A stretch of DNA of 63,566 nucleotides, filler included, from Folioceros fuciformis (GCA_049999805.1; 6 parts of 5 records of this genome joined end to end with filler, not necessarily neighbours in it); one strand, 5' to 3'; counted from the whole stretch's first letter, positions 12,761 through 25,460 are shown. Notes: a model not told the origin generated them from the sequence alone. Numbers and translations are program-made.

Positions 12761-14111
12761 AGGCATCGTTACATCTGGTTCTGGTTCTGGACTGGTGCAC
12801 AGCTTTCCTGTTCTGGGTAAGAATACGTCTCACGAGTAACGTAAAGGCATTCTGAAACATTCTTCTAGATGTGTATATTCATTCTGGTCTAGTCTTTTGT
12901 TTCCTATGGCAGTCGAACTCATGGGGGTTAGAGACCTGACCAGCTTCGGGTCAAGCTTATGTCAACCTTCTGCCAAGCAATAACGCCAGTTGTGTGTCAA
13001 ATGACACGCGGCTGCATGGAGGGAAGTGCTTCAACTTCTCACCTTGAAAAGTATATTCCTTTGAAAAGTGGATATTGATTCGTTCACGATTCTGAAACCG
13101 TGTTTCAACATTCCTTTGACTAGTGCGTATGAATTCAATCGAAGACCTCCCAAGCCATTCAATCCTCCCAGTTTAACCTTGAAGATGTTAGAAGAAAGGA
13201 CGGAAGGCATTGAAAATGTCGAAAGGATTGGAGATGTTGGAGGGATTGAACATGTTGAAGGGATTGAAAAGGTTGGTCACTTTGACAGAGACGAGCTCAC
13301 AGCAACTTCAGCTCCAGAAAATGTTCTCCATCTCTTAAGTCGCTCTCATTCAAATTTACCGGGCTGTCGTTGAGTAGAATGCTGATTCACGATTCAATCT
13401 CTAAACCAGTGAATTCCAGCACCCGAGCGGGCCGCAATGCTGTCATCAGATGCGGACTAAAGTTAGGGTTACGAAGCTAAGTGATTGAAAGTAGTGTAAG
13501 GCATCAAACTTTTGCGATGCTTTGTACTGATCTCTGTGCTAGCAAATGCGCGCCAGCTGTTCTGGGTGTTGAGAATGTGCAAGTGTTGTTGTCTAGCAAC
13601 AGTGGCGTCAATGACAGTCAGGCCAGCCACGCGTGTCAGTTGTTTAGCTCAACGAGCAAATGAGAAACAATCGGGGAATGTGGAACTCGGTGATCGTGGT
13701 ACGGTTTCAGAGCAGGTAGACTGAACGTGACGCACTGACGAAGTGAATTGCTTGGATATGGATGCGCCTGGCACCGTTCCTGTAATAGATGAAACGTCCA
13801 CACCAATTCTAACTGTGAAGGGAAGTCTGAGATGTCGGGTGCTTTGAATTAACAAACAACATTCTTTTGATTCCTTCCAATTCGACAACCTTGTCCGGCA
13901 GTCCTCTGTTCCAGGCTACCGACTTTGAGTGGACGGAAGTCTCAACTACCAACACTGCGTGCAATGCAGCGTCGGGATAGACACGCTGAGAGAAGCCAAT
14001 TGCAAGCCAGCTAACCCTGGGCTCATTGTGTTTTCTTGCACGAGCTTCAGCTGTCGTGAAAATCTGCTCAACAGGGTGAGCGACGCGACAGAAAATCCGG
14101 CATTACAGAGA

Positions 14112-15907
14112 ATGGCAGCTAGCAGATCCGGCACAGTGGGGCGCGACGAGCTCGTCATTTTCTCGCTGTTCTTGGGGTTACTATTGGGAGCTGAGGCCCA
14201 GGCTGTGCCCGCTGTCTGCCCGGCCACCTGCACGGATGCGCAGGCGTATTTCGTTGCCCGCTCTCCTTCCACTTTTGGAGAGATTGCCAACAACTTCAAC
14301 ATCGACATTGTGAATCTGGCAGGGGCAAACAACGAGGACTTCGCAGATCGTTTGACATTCGGAGACATAACTGTGCAGACCACTGCAAAAGTGCGAGTGC
14401 CCCTCTCGACCTGTTCCTGCAAGGGAGGGGTATACACCGCCGACAATATCTCCTACACGGTGCAACCAGGAGACACCCTATCCGAAATAGCTTCGACGAC
14501 TTATAGCGGACTCGTTATTTACCAGGACATTGCCATCGCGAACAACATCAGCGATCCTTCCCTGATACAGGTGTGATGTCCACGTGGTTTGGGTGTGATT
14601 TGGATTCCCCTTTCTTTTGCTTCCAATCTCTGACAAAAGGCTGTAGATCCGATTTCCCTGCTCTATCTGTGCAGCCTGGACAGCAATTTTTCATCCCTAT
14701 TCCATGTACTTGCGTAGCACGGCCTCAAACTCCGCCAGCAGTGGCTCTGTCCTACGTGATCGAGTCCAACGACGACTACACTCGCATTGCCAGCGAGTTC
14801 AACACAAATGCAGAGGCTGTTGGGTCACTCAACCCGTCTGTGAATGCTTCTGCCCTGCTTGTAGGCCAAGTGATCGAGGTTCCTCTTCCAGGTAAAATCA
14901 CAAACGTTAAAATAACAGACTGTCACACAAGACAGACTCCATGTGATGCTCCTTTTCCTTGATCTGGGCAGGAGCTGACAAAGTAGTGTTTCATTCATCC
15001 ACCCTGTACAGCCTGCTCTTTCAATCTGTCAACTGGTAGTCTCCTGGTGGCCTACGATGCCTACACTGTCACTGCAGGCACCTGCGTGCAATGCAAGTGC
15101 ACGGCTTCGGAGTCAGGGGATCCCACAGGCGAATGTGTACCATCCCCGCCCTCCGCTCCCTGCAACGCCAGCTTGACGTGCCCTGGCACGAACCTGACCA
15201 TCGGGAGCTCCATCGCAGTACAGAAAACAGCTTCCTCCTGTGAGGTCACCTCATGCTCATACGACGGATTCTCCAGCTCGTCAGGCATACTCACCAAGTA
15301 AGTGACACAGGTCATGTGATGCTAGACGGTAGCACTGACTGCTGCTTTGCCGAGCTACTCGAATAGGCGTGGCCTGGGCATGTCATGCCCGTGATGCTTT
15401 CTGCTTGCAACTTGCATCCACTGCCACTGATCGATGATTGTAACGTGACCTGTCCCTGGTGGTGCAGACTGCTGAGTGAAACCGTGACTGGAATCTGTCC
15501 AGGTGAGAATGCAACCCTTATCAGCAGGGCCCTACCAGCATGCGTATGGGTACATAGAGTGTGCATTGCGTGACATGTCAGGTCGGGGCAGGACACGGCA
15601 GGGCATGAGTGTATGTGTTTGTGTGGTGACGTCTAGGATTGACAAGTCTGTGGTTGGGCATGATGCAGAGATCACACCACCCTCGCCTCCTCCACCTACC
15701 CCAGCCGGAGCTCCAACCCCTCGGGCATCGCCAGCCACATCACCCCCTGCCAGCACATTGTTCCCCCCTCCTCCTCCTACCACGCCAGGTTCGAATCCTG
15801 GTTCCGGCTTGTCTGCCCCACCTCCAAGTTCACCCGCAGTGGTGATTGAAGCGTGGCCTGCCTTCATCCTGGCAACATTGGCTGCCATAATGATGAACTT
15901 TGTGTGA
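14112..15907 (+). CDS. LysM-domain GPI-anchored receptor-like protein (LYM/CEBiP family), 5 exons
   Basis: Predicted exons 14112-14570, 14675-14891, 15012-15297, 15468-15502, 15669-15907 with GT-AG introns and consistent phase. Signal peptide, LysM motifs (YTVQPGDTLSEIA) separated by CxC, family motif YTVTAGTCVQCKC, Pro-rich stalk, hydrophobic C-terminal GPI signal. Confidence 0.9.
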
Positions 15908-16084
15908 AAGGCTAATGAGCATAGTACATACATACATCATCCTCTTGCGCTTTTACTACGAGTGTCCTGCCCTTAAAGTTTGAAAGAGGGTCCCCCGTGA
16001 CTTTCTTTGTTCCAAGTTCCTTCCAATGGAAGGAAGTGTTGCGACATTCAAGGATATTACGTACACTTTGAAGATTTGTTCCCC

Positions 16085-16310
16085 CTCCACACGCAAAGCA
16101 ACGGAGCGGAGCTGTGCATCCTATGGCATACCAACCTCCTCCACACACAAAGCAAAGGAGCACAGCAGTGCATCCCTATGGCATACCAACCTCCTCCACA
16201 AACAAAGCAAAGGAGCACAGCAGTGCATCCCTATGGCATACCAACCTCCTCCACACGTAAAGCAAAGGAGCACAGCAGTGCATCCCTATGGGATACCAAC
16301 CTCCTCCAAA
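16085..16310. repeat. 55-bp tandem repeat x4
   Basis: AAAGCAAAGGAGCACAGCAGTGCATCCCTATGGCATACCAACCTCCTCCAC.. units head-to-tail. Confidence 0.9.
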
Positions 16311-16441
16311 AGGGGAGAGTGTTCAAACTTTTTCTTAACACTCCTCAAACGAAAGGGTGAGGGTGTCAACTTTTTCTTAGCACTCCTCAAATTTCCACTA
16401 CGGTTCTTAACACTCCACATAGGACCGTTGTGACGCCTATT

Positions 16442-16645
16442 GAGAACATTTGCCTCTCAAAATGAAAAGCCTTACTTGAAGTGGAGAACATTTGCCTCTC
16501 AAAATGAAAAGCTTACTTGAGGTGGAGGACATTTACCTCTCAAAATGAAAAGCCTTACTTGAGGTGGAGAACATTTGCCTCTCAAAATGAAAAGCCTTAC
16601 TTGAGGTGGAGGACATTTGCCTCTCAAAATGAAAAGCCTTACCAA
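16442..16645. repeat. 42-bp tandem repeat x5
   Basis: GAGAACATTTGCCTCTCAAAATGAAAAGCCTTACTTGAGGTG units. Confidence 0.92.
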
Positions 16646-16659
16646 AATTTTGAGTTGAG

Positions 16660-17750
16660 TCGAAGCGAAGGGCGTCAGCCAACGTGTGGGGCAAGACCTT
16701 GAGGCGTAGGGCCTCAGCCGTCGCCCAGGACAAGGGCCTAAGGCATGAAGGAAGGGCCTGAGGCACAAGGCCTCCGCCCTCACTCCCTCATGCTCGGCCT
16801 CCTTCATCACCTTCGAGCAAGGCAATGAAAAGGCATGAGCCTTGCCTAAGGCTGAGGTCCTCTGCTATGGCAATAGCCTCGGCCACACCAAGGCTGACAT
16901 CCTTGGTTTGGCAACACCCTTGCAGTGGTCAATGGCCACTATGGGGTACTATAACTGCTTTGAGGAAGGCCTTAGAGCAGTCACAGGCATCAAGGGTATA
17001 CACCTTCAGGTACCCTTGAAGAAAATATTAGAGAAAAGGCATCCCCCTTCTATTATCTTCATTATGTCATACATCCCATCCAAGTGCCTAGTTGGTGCGC
17101 ACCAAAAGGACGCTGATGGTAAAATGGTCGTGTTTACAATACAATGGGGTGCAACTTGGCAGGGCAAGGTAGGGCCGAGTCGAGGACGGCAAGGCTGGGC
17201 GGGGAAGGGGCAGGGCAATGTAGGGCAAGGCAAGATTAAATGGTGCCCTAGAAAGCCGTAAACGCGGTGTGGATATGGATTCAATTTAGGTGGGTGGTAG
17301 CAACATGGGGCGTATGGTTGGATGTCGCTCCAACGCTCCTCCCCTCTTTCCAGTGAGGTTGAATCAAAGTCATGCCATGCGGTGACTCAGATGAGCTTGT
17401 GGACAATGGAAGGGCAGGCAAGATTAACATAAGCTGCCATAAAGCAAATGTTTACCTATTGCCTTGCGCATGGGTTGCCTGATTTGCTGCAAGGCTTGCC
17501 CAAGCAAATCAGATTTCCTCCCTCCCTCCATACGGGCACATCATGTGTTTGTTTGGACTCGAGACAACTAAGCTACTGCAAAAATCCTTTGGAGATTGTT
17601 GTGGTAAATCAACTCAACTCTTTGCACTCATTAGAGGCTTCGACACCAAGAAAAGTACATGTATGCACATAGAGGCCCATACTATGACAGGATTCCTCAA
17701 AATCCCGTGTTTGGCACACGTGAAGAAGATATACAACACAAAAATGTAGC
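16660..17750 (+). mobile_element. Possible hAT-type transposon remnant
   Basis: YCLAHGLPDLLQGLPKQI resembles the hAT CxxHxLxL..D..K motif; GAGGC/GCCTC-rich subterminal-like tract at 16690-16900. Highly degraded. Confidence 0.35.
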
Positions 17751-18226
17751 ACTCCTCTCAAGGTTGGGAGTGGTGTTCTCTAACAACTCCCTATTTCTAA
17801 ACCGGTCAACGCAACATGATTTGTAAGCAAGGGATAGAAGCCTCTACTACCAATATATCTTGTCAGATAATTATATTTGCCATTGTTTATCAGGCAAAGC
17901 AATTGCAAGTGGAGGGGGAGGGGGAGAAGGAAGGGAAACAACAAACCGTACAACAACAATATTCTATACAAAGTCTAATTAGACATGGACAATGCATACT
18001 ACGTGTTCACAAGCCCATAATAGGACGCTACAAGAACAACCAACGCTATCCAAATACACATGTATCTATGTGCCACTCTACCATAGTTAAGAAGCAATAT
18101 GGCTTGTTAGAAACATTGCACTAGTGCAAGTGCTCTTTTTAGGGAGCTATCTAGCCACTTCAATAGAGAATAGTAGAAAGATAGCTCCCTAGAAAGACTT
18201 AATTATTCTCACAGCAGTATGGCTTG

Positions 18227-19272
18227 CTAGAAAGACTATATTATTTTCTCTGACCTTAGGGGCCCACGACTTCAACTTGGATGATATGGAAAGGTATCAA
18301 TATTCCTCGGCTATTTCGTTCAACACCTTGGTGTCACTCAAGCGGTGCTGCTGTTGTAGAAGAGGTAGAAGCGTAACACATGCACCACTCAAGATGCTCC
18401 TCTCTTCAAGGTATGACAAACAACCATGCTTCCATCGGGAAACTCTTCTCGAAAGGTTCCATCATAGAAGTATCTGTGGGGGTAGACAGTCATGTTCCAT
18501 GACGATGATGTGTTGTCCTTTCAAGTCACGAACAAAGCAACAAAAAGTATCTTGGGCCAGAAGATGCGAGCCGCTCTATCAAACAGCGCATGCAACCCGC
18601 TGTCGTTTGGTCCATATCCCATGGCCTCGAAGCTGGCATAACTAAAGCCAATCCTCGGCGTCACATGGATGGTGGAGTGTGCTCCCCACTCCAACCCATT
18701 CATAGGACAGCCATACGAATTGAACACAAAATCTGATATCTCCGACTTAAGCATGATATCACTTATGCCCGACACATGAGTCATCTCCATCCCCATCGGG
18801 AGCACCACAATACGAAATTGTGAAGCGCATCCAAACAATGTCCAGCTATGTCATGCACATCTCCAGAGCATAAATAGGGCCCACCTCTCCAGGACATGCT
18901 CGAAGTCCCTCGTCCACCAAATAGTAGACATCCCAATTGTGAGCATCATTTAGATGTCCACCCAACATGAATGACTTCCCTCCCTCCTTTCCAAGATGCA
19001 AAAAATACTTCTCCAAGAAGCTCATCTCTTCCACAAAAATATTGTGCAAAAACGGCTGCATGTGAGAAATAAATAAAGGAGCCACAAGTATACTTGCAGC
19101 TCATAACTTCGAGAACCAACCGCACCACGGACTCCAGCAACACAGGGATGGCCCGCAACAGGTTCGTCGTCCCACATGTCTTGATCATGATCTTGAGCAT
19201 TTCCAGGCTTACAACTGCCACAATTCGACTTCCAACCTCTTGTCAAATTCCTTAAACCTCAAGTAAGCACAT
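18227..19272 (-). pseudogene. SAMDC: S-adenosylmethionine decarboxylase pseudogene
   Basis: Minus-strand pieces FKEFDKRLEVE, IKTCGTTNLL, ALEMCMT, YGCPMNGLEWGAHSTIHVTP..FSYASFEA and YFYDGTFREEF..VVCHTLKR are collinear with the intact SAMDC. Several frameshifts and stops, plus an internal deletion. Confidence 0.92.
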
Positions 19273-19394
19273 CTTATCACTCTCCGCCCGCCTGTTGTGC
19301 ACAAACAGCACCCCCATCCCCCCGTTCCACATGATCACCCCAACCTACACCCGCGCCTGCCTCCCTATCAATCCTTTGCTTGCATGCAGCAATA

Positions 19395-19544
19395 TCAAGA
19401 TGGCTCATGCTAGCAGACAAAGTAAGCAGCGCTACGGAACTTCTCAATTCCCCCTCACAGCCGGATGTCTTCGATCAAGTAGCCTAGAACTCTCTTGTGT
19501 TGGCCATAGTTACCTCTACCTCTCCCAAGCTTGCTCTCGTCCAT
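19395..19544 (-). pseudogene. Decayed SAMDC small uORF of the pseudogene
   Basis: Reverse strand reads ..VLGYLIEDIRL*G/IEKFRSAAYFVC*HEPS*, homologous to the intact small uORF; the start context TTATGATGG is conserved. Confidence 0.85.
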
Positions 19545-19687
19545 CATAAATTCGCATTGAGAGACCTCTACCCAACTGATTTTCATACCTCCGCCTCTCC
19601 CCTCGTCTCCAACTTCCACGCCTCATGCCACCACACCTCACCACAACACAAACCACACAACACCTCCCTTTCGCATCACACCAAACC

Positions 19688-19787
19688 NNNNNNNNNNNNN
19701 NNNNNNNNNNNNNNNNNNNNNNNNNNNNNNNTTAATTAATTAANNNNNNNNNNNNNNNNNNNNNNNNNNNNNNNNNNNNNNNNNNNN
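19688..19787. other. Artificial contig spacer (same at 42290-42389, 45688-45787, 49348-49447, 60481-60580)
   Basis: N44-TTAATTAATTAA-N44, with stop codons in all six frames. Confidence 0.97.
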
Positions 19788-20002
19788 TGTGTTCCATCGC
19801 CTTCCTCGGTGTCGCGCTCTCTGCGGCTTTGTCTGCTTCCGCCATCATCGCGACGCTTGCTGTGACGCTGGTTGGCTTCCTGCGATCCTAGGGTTTCGTG
19901 GTTGGGGCGCAACCGCAGCGGCTTTGGCTTCGGCCGCATCTGCGGAGAAGGGCAGGAATTTTGTAGATTGTTATCACTGGCGCTGGAGGTGGATCGGGGG
20001 GG

Positions 20003-20011
20003 ATGTTATGA
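20003..20011 (+). promoter_or_regulatory. SAMDC tiny uORF (ATG TTA TGA) overlapping the small uORF start by one base
   Basis: ATGTTATGATGGAA: the last A of TGA is the A of the small uORF ATG, the canonical plant SAMDC arrangement. Confidence 0.9.
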
Positions 20012-20163
20012 TGGAAGGGAAGAAAAAGTCGCGGAGTAGGTTGCGACCGGATCACCTGCGCGAGAGTGCTCTGGGATATCTGATCGAAGACATCCGTCCG
20101 AGGGGTGGAGTGGAGAAGTTTCACAGTTCCATCTACTCCGACTGCGGGCGGGAGCCTTCCTGA
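20011..20163 (+). CDS. SAMDC conserved small uORF peptide (50 aa)
   Basis: MEGKKKS...LGYLIEDIRPRGGVEKFHSSIYSDCGREPS matches the plant AdoMetDC leader peptide pattern LGYxIEDVRPxGGIxKF..YSNC...PS. Confidence 0.93.
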   Translation: MEGKKKSRSRLRPDHLRESALGYLIEDIRPRGGVEKFHSSIYSDCGREPS

Positions 20164-20363
20164 CAGGACCAAGGAGGTGATCTCCCTGCCTTGGAATCCA
20201 ACTCCTTCTTGATTGGCCGCGGGAATTGGAGGAGATATGTTGGATCGCTAGCAAGGCAGGCGTAGGAGCAGAGAGAAATTGCGGTGGAGCAAGTGAGCTT
20301 GGAAGCGAACGGGAGTTGATACGGGGGAGATCTGAGTAGGGGAAGGCCCCGGGGGGTGTGGAA

Positions 20364-21554
20364 ATGTCGTTGCCAGGGTTTGAGGGATTCGAGAAGAGGC
20401 TGGAAGTTGGATTTGCGGGGCCTGGCGCTGCGCAAGGAATCGGATTGCGCGCCATGGCCCGCGAAGAAATTGATGCTATGCTCAAGGCGGCTGAGTGCAC
20501 AATTGTGTCTCAGCTCAGCAACGAGCATTTCGACTCGTACGTCCTTTCGGAGTCGAGTCTGTTTATCTATCCTCGCAGCTTGGTAATCAAGACGTGCGGC
20601 ACCACGAAGCTGCTCGAAGCTGTGCCCCTCTTGTTGGATTCAGCTTCCCGGCTGCATCTCAGAGCTGTGAGCTGCAGGTATACCCGTGGTTCCTTTCATT
20701 TCCCCGCGGTTCAGCCCTATCCGCACAACAGCTTCAGGGAGGAGGTGCAATTTTTAGACAGGTTTTTCGGCCATCTTGGCGGACAGGACCGCGGGGAGTG
20801 GGTGGTTATGGGCCAGGAAGAGGATCGCCACAAGTGGCATGTTTACTACGCGGTGGAGGACGGAGCATTGTGCAGGGAGGCTGATCCGGTGTACACGGTG
20901 GAGATGTGTATGACTCAGCTCGACTCGCTGTGTGCTTCACAGTTTTACAAGAGTGCTCTCCCATCGTCCTCGAAAATGACTCAAGTATCAGGGATTGCTG
21001 ATATCCTACCTGGATCGGAAATCTGCGATTTTGCATTCGATCCATGCGGCTATTCAATGAATGGGATGGAGGGAGCGGCATACTCCACCATCCATGTGAC
21101 ACCGGAGGAAGCCTTCAGTTATGCCAGCTTCGAGGCCCAGGGTTACAACGAGGAAGACATCGCTTTGCAAGTTCTCGTGGACAGAGCCGCTGGCGTGTTC
21201 AGGCCGGAAGTCGTGTCTGTGGCGCTCTTTCTGACAGGAGATAACACTAGGGCGTCTACCTTGAACTCGTCTGTCTGTCCTCGAGGTTATTTTTGTTACA
21301 GAACATTCAGGAAGGAGTTATCGGGCGGAAGCGTGGTTGTCTATCACACTTTCAGGCGATCAAGCATTTGGAGCGGTTCCTTCATAGCCCCTCTGCCTCT
21401 GCTCCCCCAGCTCACTTCTGTGAACGTGGATGACGACACACCCAAGACTGTTCAGGGCCCGGACGACGATGGACCTCAACATCTCTTCCTGCCCTTGCCA
21501 CCTTCAGAGCTCAACCCGTGGACACATCCAGAGAAGATGGTGGTATCCTTCTAG
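20364..21554 (+). CDS. SAMDC: S-adenosylmethionine decarboxylase proenzyme
   Basis: GFEGFEKRLE, DSYVLSE/SSLF autocleavage site, IKTCGTT, FDPCGYSMN, TIHVTPE, SYASFE. Intronless main ORF, as usual in plants. Confidence 0.97.
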   Translation: MSLPGFEGFEKRLEVGFAGPGAAQGIGLRAMAREEIDAMLKAAECTIVSQLSNEHFDSYVLSESSLFIYPRSLVIKTCGTTKLLEAVPLLLDSASRLHLRAVSCRYTRGSFHFPAVQPYPHNSFREEVQFLDRFFGHLGGQDRGEWVVMGQEEDRHKWHVYYAVEDGALCREADPVYTVEMCMTQLDSLCASQFYKSALPSSSKMTQVSGIADILPGSEICDFAFDPCGYSMNGMEGAAYSTIHVTPEEAFSYASFEAQGYNEEDIALQVLVDRAAGVFRPEVVSVALFLTGDNTRASTLNSSVCPRGYFCYRTFRKELSGGSVVVYHTFRRSSIWSGSFIAPLPLLPQLTSVNVDDDTPKTVQGPDDDGPQHLFLPLPPSELNPWTHPEKMVVSF

Positions 21555-24527
21555 CAATGCGGTAACTGTAGCCCTCATGGCGTAGCTTTAACGGTATACT
21601 CTACAGGAGCACGAGGAGAATAGTTATTTCGTGTCACGTTTTGCTGTGTTCAACAACTTTGACGTATGCCACTGTTCATCAGCATCTCTGTTTGCTGTTA
21701 CAGTGCAACTCGTGAGCGTGAGCTCCCTGCACTGATCTATTATTGGGTCACTGCAATTCTATTCAATGTAGCTGTCTTGCCTTGCGTTGACTATGTTGTG
21801 TGCAATGTGCCGGACTTGTGTGATCCCAGAACTGTAGCCCCTGGCAGGCTCTGGCCTTGGGGGATGTCAGTTGCCTATCGGCATTTTCCCTCCACGTGAT
21901 CCATCAATTTTCGAAATCCGAGCTGCTGCAGACTGTCCCGCGCTGTGCTGCCCATGTCGTCACACAGCCCACGCTTGTTCGTTGTATTGTTTGTTTCTTC
22001 TGCCACTAGCCAGCACAATCGCCGTACCAAGTTCACCAGGTTCTGCGCATGACGAGAATCTGGTTGGGTTGCAGACTGCGTTTAACTTGCAGTGTGGCGG
22101 CTGCCCCCGAGCCGCCGCAGAAACCCTGAAGATTCCAGCAGCGATCCAGCTCTCATCACTGTTTTGCTTTTCTACTGCAGCCGGAAGCCGGCGTCCCAGT
22201 TGTATGTGTGTGTGTTGGTGTGTGCGTGTTTGAACAGTTTGATTCCTCTGGTTGGCCACTTGATGGAGCTGATTTGGCCATGTCCCGGGCGACACGGATT
22301 CCTCTGGCTGGCCGATTAAACGGTGAGTCAAGGGGGAGTGGAATCCGACTGTGCGAATAGGAAATTTCTACTGTGCACATGCGTCTGGAGGTCGTGGCTG
22401 CAGCTGTGACTGTAGCTGTGGCTGTGGCTGGCCTGCTAGTTCCGTCGCAACTCTTCGACTCCGTCCAACATTTACTTTGCAAGGATCGTTCGACATACTG
22501 CACGTCTGGACGAGGCACGTCTCTTCCAGCCACAGGGTTTCTCCTCCTCGGAAGTAATTACGCTCACCAACGGTACAAGTGTTGTTGCTCGAGTGGAGGT
22601 TCATAACCCTAATCCAATCCAGGTGGAGCGGTTAGGGCATCTCCGGCTCTCTTCTGTCATCCGATTGTCATACATACTGTGGAGAGTTACGATTGCACAA
22701 GGCCGCTGTCAGAAGCAGCCCCCATCAGAGTCCAGATGTGCCAGATGTGGTGAGGTTGGTAGGGATCTCTGGTTCCTTGCAGAAGGAATCATCGAGAACG
22801 AGCATGGTAGGGCTCACGCGTGAGTGCCAACACTGCAGCCGAAGATGAAAGCTTCAAGAGGCTGTGCTCCGACTGCGCGTCTACCTGGAAGCTGCTGTTT
22901 AGCGGCGATCGTGTGAGGACAAAAGTCCTCTTGGCCACCACTGCCTGCTCTCATCAGCTACTCATCGTTCTTTCACAGGCTCTCTCAAGGTTCTCAACAC
23001 GTTGTCAAACTCAACACCCGAGTAGTCCCGGTGTTGATGCTTCGCTGACGCCTTCACCAAACAACACGTCTGACCAGATGCCTGGAGGTGGCCACCTTCC
23101 TGCTCTGAGATGCAACAGACCTTCCCAGGCTGTGGTGCAAGCAAGACACGCGGTAGGAAGATACACAGGATACCTGAATCTTTACCTCCACCTCCTTCAT
23201 GCAAGTGGAAGAAGATCGCAGTCAAAACGTGGGGCCTGATTGAAGAGGATGCGAGAATTTCCCATCGGCATCTACGGATTTCCAGGCTTCGGACTGAAGT
23301 GTCCTCCACAGCCGAGAGCAAAGAACCTCCACGCTCACTCACTCGTCGTTTGTGCGACCTCTGGCCGCCAGAATTCGCTGGGAAAGAAACGGGGCTGGGA
23401 GGATTCGATCGTGCCTGCGGTGGCGCGACTACTGTTGAACGTGAACCAATGAATTTCACGATCCCGTCGCAGCCGGATCAGCTCGCTTTGGTATGGGAAT
23501 CACATGCTGCACGCCCACACGGCGCCACTCTGCCAATCTCGAATACATCGTCGTCCCAGGGGACGACAGACAGCACATATCCCCAGTGAACCTCACACGT
23601 CAGACGCTTGAAAGAGTAACTTACGGGAATAGATCCCGTTCTCGGTGTGGCTGGCCGCATCCACACTGTGAGGAGTAAAATCTGCACTGGTGGAGGACCC
23701 CACCTCGTCCACTGCTCTCTACGTACATACTGTACTTGTTTCGTTTCCGAGGAGGATTATTCCGACTTCAGTTTCACAGTAAAGTCACATTTGTATATAT
23801 TTCAGTAGTTTATCGTGGTTATGTACCAGAGTGACTATGGTGACACAATATAAAATTTTGGAGAGGTAGAAAATAAATGTCAGTTTCTGCAGAAACGTTT
23901 TGGGCGGGAACTTTTTGTCATCACAAATTTGACCACATCACATTAGTACGGAGGTTCACATGGGCCATACCAATGTGATCATCATTACAAAAGTCTCTCT
24001 ACCCTTACATAGAAACTGGTTCTTTACTCAAACACGTTCTTCTTCCCAAGAACTTAGGGTTAGGGGTTTTTGTGGCTCATGTGAAGACGTATGGCTAGAA
24101 TGTCGGTGCACTTAGGGTTAGGGATTTACACAACTCCTATTGCAAAGCACCAGCTAAGGTAGCACACAATTGCGAGAAAGGTGAACAATAATGTAGGGGC
24201 TTTCTTGCCTTGTTTGAGGGCTTGTCTTCATAACTATGTGCATCATTTATGTGCATTGGGAGAAAGAAGCCAATACTTTAGGTTTGCTATTAGGACTTTG
24301 CACAAGTACGACATCCACAACAAGTGTGTGGCCGGAAACATGCAACCACACTTCAACATGGAATAGAAAAGATGCATGTATTTGCCTCAGGTGTGGCCTC
24401 CTCCTTCATCCATGCTTTCAATCTCCTCCTTTGCCCACACTTTGAGCCTCCTCCTTTGCCCACACTTTAGGATTTCTCCTTTGTCTGTCCACTCTCAAGA
24501 TGTTTCCACTAGCTCCATCTACTCCCT

Positions 24528-25047
24528 ACACAAGATTGTTAGGGCTAGGTGTAGCCAAAACATATGGGCGGGAAGTCCATACCCTCAAAGCCATTCCCAT
24601 AAGCATTGTTGGTGGCAATTTGCAATGCCTCCCCATAACACACAAGAGGCACACACCCATGTTGCCTCTGACTCATCCTCTGCAATGGTCACATCTCCAA
24701 TGCTACATTTTGCAAATACTAACATCGATGCTTAAGCAAGATACACAAGATTGTTAGGGCTAGGTGTAGCCAAAACATACTTAAGCAAGATACACAAGAT
24801 TGTTAGGGCTAGNNNNNNNNNNGTAGCCAAAACATACTTAAGCAAGATACACAAGATTGTTAGGGCTAGATGTAGCCAAAACATATGGGCGGGAAGTCCC
24901 TACCCTCAAAGCCATTCCCATAAGCATTGTTGGTGGCAATTTGCAATGCCTCCCCATAACACACAAGAGGCACACACCCATGTTGCCTCTAACTCATCCT
25001 CTGCAATGGTCACATCTCCAATGCTACATTTTGCAAATACTAACATC
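24528..25047. repeat. Near-identical ~200-bp duplication plus short repeats around a 10-N gap
   Basis: 24528-24727 is almost identical to 24849-25047; the TACACAAGATTGTTAGGGCTAG unit recurs between them. May partly be an assembly artefact. Confidence 0.8.
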
Positions 25048-25404
25048 GAGGGTGTAAAGATGCTTAAGCATAGGATAGGCTCAGAGGTAGATTTATAGCA
25101 ACACAAGTGTTGCCTTAGAGGTAGAGAAGTAGCAACTTCTTAGTAGTCGATTTGTATTTGTTTTTCTTAGGTTTGTGTAGGTACAATTTTTGTTTGCACT
25201 GTAGTTTTGTTTCTACACCATTTGCAAATTTCTCCCTTTGCTTGGGAAAAATGAATAAGATCTCTTATCTCTTTTAAGTAAAATACTATTTCTATTGTAG
25301 CCATGAACAATGTGAGTCATGGACGTGATATGTTTAAACAGTTAGAGTGCGTACTAGTAACTAGTTAGTTAACTAGGTATAGATAACTAAGGTAAAATAA
25401 TTAA

Positions 25405-25460
25405 TTAATATAATATAATAATAATGATAATAATAATGATAATAATAACAATAACAACTA
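25405..25460. repeat. (ATA)n-type microsatellite
   Basis: AATAATAATGATAATAATAATGATAATAATAAC run. Confidence 0.85.

Noticed and set aside
19688-19787. TTAATTAATTAA motif recurring five times
   Set aside because: Artificial six-frame-stop spacer embedded in Ns, not biological.
21850-23700. GC-rich stretch with many 100-165-aa ORFs
   Set aside because: No recognisable domain or consistent exon chain; cannot support a gene call.
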